From: Balanoglossus misakiensis
Lineage: Eukaryota > Animalia > Hemichordata
Length of the DNA stretch: 64,000 bases
Direction of reading: 5' to 3'
Assembly: GCA_040954595.2 (NCBI GenBank)
Contig: CM082591.2
Location: 9,289,612-9,353,611 of the forward strand
The position numbers were made by a program, and so were the translations under genes. How positions within the stretch are numbered: position 1 is the first letter of the stretch; every line of letters starts with the position of its first letter. Shown in pieces: positions 59,495 to 64,000 of the stretch. Below the pieces are notes generated by a model. The model saw only the letters and a program-made list of their open reading frames with translations, was not told where the DNA came from and made no database searches.

Positions 59495-60280
59495 TTAGAG
59501 CACTTTTTTACTTTTCATGAAAACAAATTCCTCCCACATGCTGTGTATTTTGGTTATAGTTATCTTCACGTAAAACCCAAATAACACCCATGTTGTCCTA
59601 AACCTGATGTGATCAACAGATACTGAAAGTTTGCCTTCCGTTAAGGGTTTGTGAACATATTTTGTTAATTCACTTGGTATAAAGCCAATATGTTGCCATC
59701 CATTGCCCACATCCAAGTCGACTGCAATTGCATTCTTGTATAGTTTGTTTGTAAGATCTGGCCATAAGCATGCTTTAACAGGAAGCTTCTGATCATAGAG
59801 TCTAATGTAGCCACGCTCAAGAATTTCCTGTCTTCTCCTGTCATGACATACCCCTAACACCTTGAATGGCACACTGTGTTCAATATTATTGGGATCATCT
59901 TCATCATCAATGTTATTAATTCTTCCTATACTAGCAGTGTCACTACTAACACTGGAAATAGACATTAACTCAAGAGAATCAGCTAGTGAATTTGTGTTGT
60001 CATTTTCAATAGTCCACTTCCACAACATTAAACAGGATCTACCATTGATATTAACAAGACAACAATCACTCTTGGAACTCTTTATCAGTGATGCCATGTT
60101 AAAAACATTGAGTCTTTCATCTGAGAGTTTAATTACACCATGTGACATGTCAGCAAATGGAGAAGACTGGGGTGCGATGATCTTCACAATACGTAAACTA
60201 AGTGTAATAACAGGACAGCATGGCAATGTCCAATCCAAAGCGTCTTCCAGTCCCGTTACTTTGATTTCAAAATTCACAGA
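59495..60280 (-). CDS. open exon encoding a C-terminal HIRAN-like domain
   Basis: An acceptor precedes 60280. VPFKVLGV..LWPDLTNKLYKNAIAV..WQHIGFIPSEL resembles the HIRAN pattern F.V.G / EP.N.YD.NAI.V / IGY.P. Confidence 0.55.
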   Translation of the reverse strand, partial: SVNFEIKVTGLEDALDWTLPCCPVITLSLRIVKIIAPQSSPFADMSHGVIKLSDERLNVFNMASLIKSSKSDCCLVNINGRSCLMLWKWTIENDNTNSLADSLELMSISSVSSDTASIGRINNIDDEDDPNNIEHSVPFKVLGVCHDRRRQEILERGYIRLYDQKLPVKACLWPDLTNKLYKNAIAVDLDVGNGWQHIGFIPSELTKYVHKPLTEGKLSVSVDHIRFRTTWVLFGFYVKITITKIHSMWEEFVFMKSKKVL

Positions 60281-60880
60281 CTGAAAAAGAGTGTACAGAA
60301 TACATGCTGTATTAAGTCTACATTACATGTAACTTTGGGCTATTTAATTGTCCCTTTCTGTTCAGTATGTCAACTGTAGTTTCTTGTTCAACACTCCACA
60401 ATAGAAAGAAAGACAAAGTAGCTAGCAAATATGTGTGAAATTTACAAAGTCAAAGGCTGCATAATTTTGCATGTCGATTATATATGCATGTACATGCATG
60501 GCAGTTATCAAGCATGTACATCATGCTTAAGCATGTACATGTATGAAGCAAGATCAAGTATGTATATGCAAATATTTTTCCAGCAATGTACAGGTTTATG
60601 ATTAAGCATGTATATGAAAATGTTCTTAGCATGTACATGCTTATTGTACAATCTCATTTAAATAATTCGGCCTATATACATGTCACATGCTTGTAAAGTC
60701 CATAGATGATTGCAGAAAGCATGTACAGTCTTAACGTACAAATTACCAGTCAAGTAACATGTACAGGCTAATACCTGACCACTAAATACATGCTTAAAAC
60801 AGGCATGCGAGTTTTGTTAGGGATGACATACATGTACTGTCTTTGTAAGCAAAATCAAAAAATGTTTAGACTAATGAAAC

Positions 60881-62089
60881 TTTAGCTGCTCCATAAACAA
60901 TGACATCAGAGTCTTCTGTCATGACGCCATAAACTTTGCCACAAATAGGCCATCTGGGCATCTGCCTCATATGGTGCAACTATGTAGTCAATGTTATGTT
61001 CACCAAGACTCTATAAAAACAAATAAATGCGACATAAATACTCTGTGAAAATGTGTAGCAATACTGTGATTTTAACAATGATACACTTATTGTTGAAAGT
61101 TAGCCATTTATTTTTTATAAACAACTAGTTGTCAAAGCAATATGAAATATTTTTACCTTGCTTACTTTTTGTACCATTGCTTCGGTGATTTTGGCACTGG
61201 CAAGAAAATGTCTCTGGGAGTCGCAGTAGTTTTTCTGCTCCCAATTTCTGTAATGAAAGTTCACGTTGCCTGGGGAAAGCATAGAAATCAGTTAGTGAAT
61301 TGACATAAGACACCACACTTAAGAAATATATACAACAGCAGCACATCAGTGAAATTGGACATTTTGATGCAAAAACGAATCTCTTTACCTTTTTATGTTT
61401 GTTATTTTTGATTTGCTTGGGGGAATATGATTAGCCAGCAAACACAACCAGTGGCTTGATTCCGAGGTTTTTAAAATTCAGAACCACCTTTAGGAAATAT
61501 TTTATGTATCTAGTGTAACCAAAAAATGTTAAAAAATAACATTGTACATAAAAAAATAATGACATAATAACAAGCTACAAAATTACCAGACAGTGATTCT
61601 TGACATGAGGAAAACCCTCTGCAGTAACTCTGTCACTAGACAGTGATTAACATAACAATGACAAAGTGTGGCTTATATTTGCACTCCAATAAACAACCAA
61701 CATCTTTCTATACAATTTCTGTGTTGACCAAGACGTTCACATTTCAGTTATAATCTCCCAAATGGCGGTTTTCCACCAACGTTTGGGGGATTACTACCTA
61801 CAACGCTGGCCTGGTTTGGCATGATTAACAATGGTCCCACATAATAAATTAAAAGCAAATCATAATGACAAATGTATAAACAAATAAAAATTTAATTCAA
61901 TAAAGATATATTAAAAATATAATTGTACCTGTCTGTTGGCAAGTTCATTGCTAGCTCTCTTGCACAGCCACAGGAACCTTTATGCAAAAGCATGGAAGCG
62001 TCCACTGCCAGTGTCTTTCCACTAAATTTCTGCAGCTGCACATGACCTGTTGCCGTATTTATTTGGCTGTATAGGTTCTTAATCCCCAT
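60881..62089 (-). pseudogene. EXO1-like (XPG/FEN1 family) 5' nuclease; exons 62089-61929, 61509-61389, 61247-61157, 61010-60881
   Basis: MGIKNL..FSGKTLAVDASMLLHKG, GIKPLVVFAG*, ITEAMVQKV, YIVAPYEADAQMAYL and MTEDSDVIVYG. A stop and frameshifts are present. Confidence 0.8.
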
Positions 62090-62157
62090 CGCGTATTTCG
62101 ACCTATGTACACAAGTTATTATTATTAATATTATTACTACTCCTATAGGTGGTGTTG

Positions 62158-62375
62158 TGGTTGATTTGCAATGTGGAAGCCTCAGGCCAAGCAAGATGCC
62201 ACAAGGTATACTGGCAGTCATTTCTATGGAAAATGCATGATGCTTGAGTTGAAGCATCGACATGAATATCAGTGATGGCCTGGGGTCAATGAATTTGTGT
62301 GTACCATTGAAGTATGTCAGGTAATTCAGCCACCATTCTATGTCAAGTTGGAAGTCGCAGGAAAGAAGCACTTTG
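62158..62375 (-). mobile_element. DIRS/Ngaro-type RT-RNase H fragment
   Basis: DIEWWLNYLTYFNG followed, after a frameshift, by VDAS..W..LQIN, typical of tyrosine-recombinase retroelement RNase H. Confidence 0.6.
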
Positions 62376-62749
62376 TGGGACGGAGACGGAGATGTGAAGC
62401 AAGTTCTGGCTGGTGTTGTCAGGAAGTAAGACAAAGGTGTAGATGTTGTTGGAGTGTTAGTGTTCATGCTTGTAGCATATGAGAATGGACTTACTTTTAA
62501 ATGCGTTGTTACAGGTACACTGGCTTGTTCAGCTTCGGAGATTGTACAAACAGTAGGTAGTTGAGCTTGCAGCAGTTAGATACACGGCAGGCCTGGATAC
62601 ACACACCATAGACCCCAGAGACTCTTCGGTCTATGCACAGACATACACGGCAGGCATACAAGGGAAGCGCATATAACCGGAAGTGAACGGGCTGATGTCT
62701 CGCAAGAGAATGAAAGCCTGAGGCTGATATGGTTACGATTCACCGCTAG

Positions 62750-63782
62750 AGGGCGTTTGCGTTGCAGACACCGCCTGCACGTACCCACACTTCCAACAGA
62801 AATCAATTTTCAAGAGTACTGCTGCCACACGATTGCATGATCTACCATATCTGTGCAATACAAAGCAAAGAGAGAGCATTTGTTAAATATTAAACTACTT
62901 TGGTTGGTTAATTTGAGAACTTTTAGACAAATATGTGGCACAAAGAGAAATATTGAAACACAGAATTATTTAGACTAATATTAACAACAATAATTGGATA
63001 AAACTAAATTATTCTGCAGTTTTTATATTTGAGTTAGTATAAACTATTTATCAGAGTCATTTTATTTTTATTGATACTAGTAAGTAGAATTTAAAATTTC
63101 AAAATGTTGATATAGCTACATATGTCAGTGAAAAAATATATATTTTCTCAGATTAAAAAAAATATGTCAAGGTACTTACCCAGCCACATAAGTACAGTGG
63201 GAACTTTTTAATCACTCCAGTCTCTTTCTCAATAGCAACCCACAGTTCATGGGAACAATCTGCTTATCTTTGTGATTGTATAAATTTTGATTTCAGGAAA
63301 CAGTATGGAGAGATGTGATGGTAATAAACTTCAAAAAGAAACTGTGAGGAAAAATAATTGAATGCCTTGCCCTCTTTATAATCATTCAACAGCCTTTTTG
63401 ATAAACTGGTCTTGCTAATGTCAAATTCATGTTCCTGCAAGTATTTCTGGATATCAGTTATCATAGTTGGGGGCCATATATGCATTCCTGCATTTTCATT
63501 TTGCCATGCAGACGTCAAAGTGGTGAATGGGTCTGGCAAAACACAGCCATCATAAATGACCAATGCCATTTTCTATTCTTCTTGGCGCACTTCCTCCTTC
63601 TCTATGGCTGTTGTACCCACGGGAGTCTTGTTTATATATACTGCATACTAGTATGCTAGTGCCACCAACTCTTCTTTTCTCCCAGAAACAGGCAGATCTC
63701 TTTTCTGAAGGAATGTTTTGAGATCTGGCACCTACCATAATTTTAATGTCAGGTCAGCCTCATGAATACCCTGAGATGACAT
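62750..63782 (-). pseudogene. SAP-like + SWIM zinc-finger gene (transposon accessory type, usually YqaJ-associated); exons 63782-63180 and 62850 to about 62750
   Basis: VPDLKTFLQKRDLPVSGRKEELVA, LPDP, YKEGKAFNYF, FLKSKFIQSQR*..HELWV and SHCTYVAG|YGRSCNRVAAVLLKI. Several stops are present. Confidence 0.7.
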
Positions 63783-64000
63783 TTTTCTACAAGAGATAAA
63801 ATAAAAATATAGTTTTAGTCACACTGTTAATAATACCTGGTGTTCATATAGAATATATAATAAAGAAGCGTTTTTTTTTTCAAAATAGGTTAAAATCACT
63901 CATGATTTTCATGAAAATATTAAATCAAGCACTACCGATGTCATTACATTTAATGACATTTTTCTACAAGAGATAAATTAAAAATATAGTTTTAGTCACA
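63776..64000. repeat. direct repeat (spacing about 178 bp) running off the window edge
   Basis: ATGACATTTTTCTACAAGAGATAAA..TAGTTTTAGTCACA occurs near 63776 and 63954. Confidence 0.7.

Noticed and set aside
60881-62089. The host's functional EXO1 gene
   Set aside because: It has an in-frame stop, frameshifts, FAG in place of FDG and no H3TH exon, so no gene symbol is assigned.
61892-62467. 191 aa ORF as a single gene
   Set aside because: A chance in-frame join of a DIRS-type fragment, filler and the first EXO1-like exon, running on into an intron.
1-64000. tRNA, rRNA, viral capsid/Polinton genes or a prokaryotic defence system
   Set aside because: No such motifs were recognised; every long ORF is explained by eukaryotic transposon families.

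Overview
AT-rich, intron-containing animal (probably marine invertebrate) genomic DNA made almost entirely of nested transposons; no intact ordinary host gene is visible. Outermost is a decayed, spliced CxC/KDZ (HMGXB3-like) gene. One of its introns holds a ~42 kb CACTA/EnSpm element (1488-43429; CCTGTAC...GTACGGG ends, TG TSD, CTTATAAG subterminal arrays) carrying a spliced BEN-domain gene and a frameshifted transposase. That element has absorbed an APE-RT LINE, a Harbinger remnant, a 4 kb foldback element and a 24.4 kb stack of six Helentron elements. The best candidate for an unusual system is this stack. It contains two end-sequence families (A and B), each with 3 left and 3 right ends that close like balanced brackets. 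Every inner copy sits in the microsatellite just inside the palindromic end of another copy, and one copy is autonomous (2427 aa OTU-Rep-Pif1-APE ORF). The right third holds two ~2.5-2.6 kb tandem duplications and a complete LINE with a 10 bp TSD, a 2A StopGo motif in ORF1 and ORF2 in frame behind a single TAG. It also holds decayed DNA-processing genes: P-like transposase, HIRAN-like, EXO1-like, SAP-SWIM and a DIRS fragment. All calls come from reading motifs by eye; no database searches were run.
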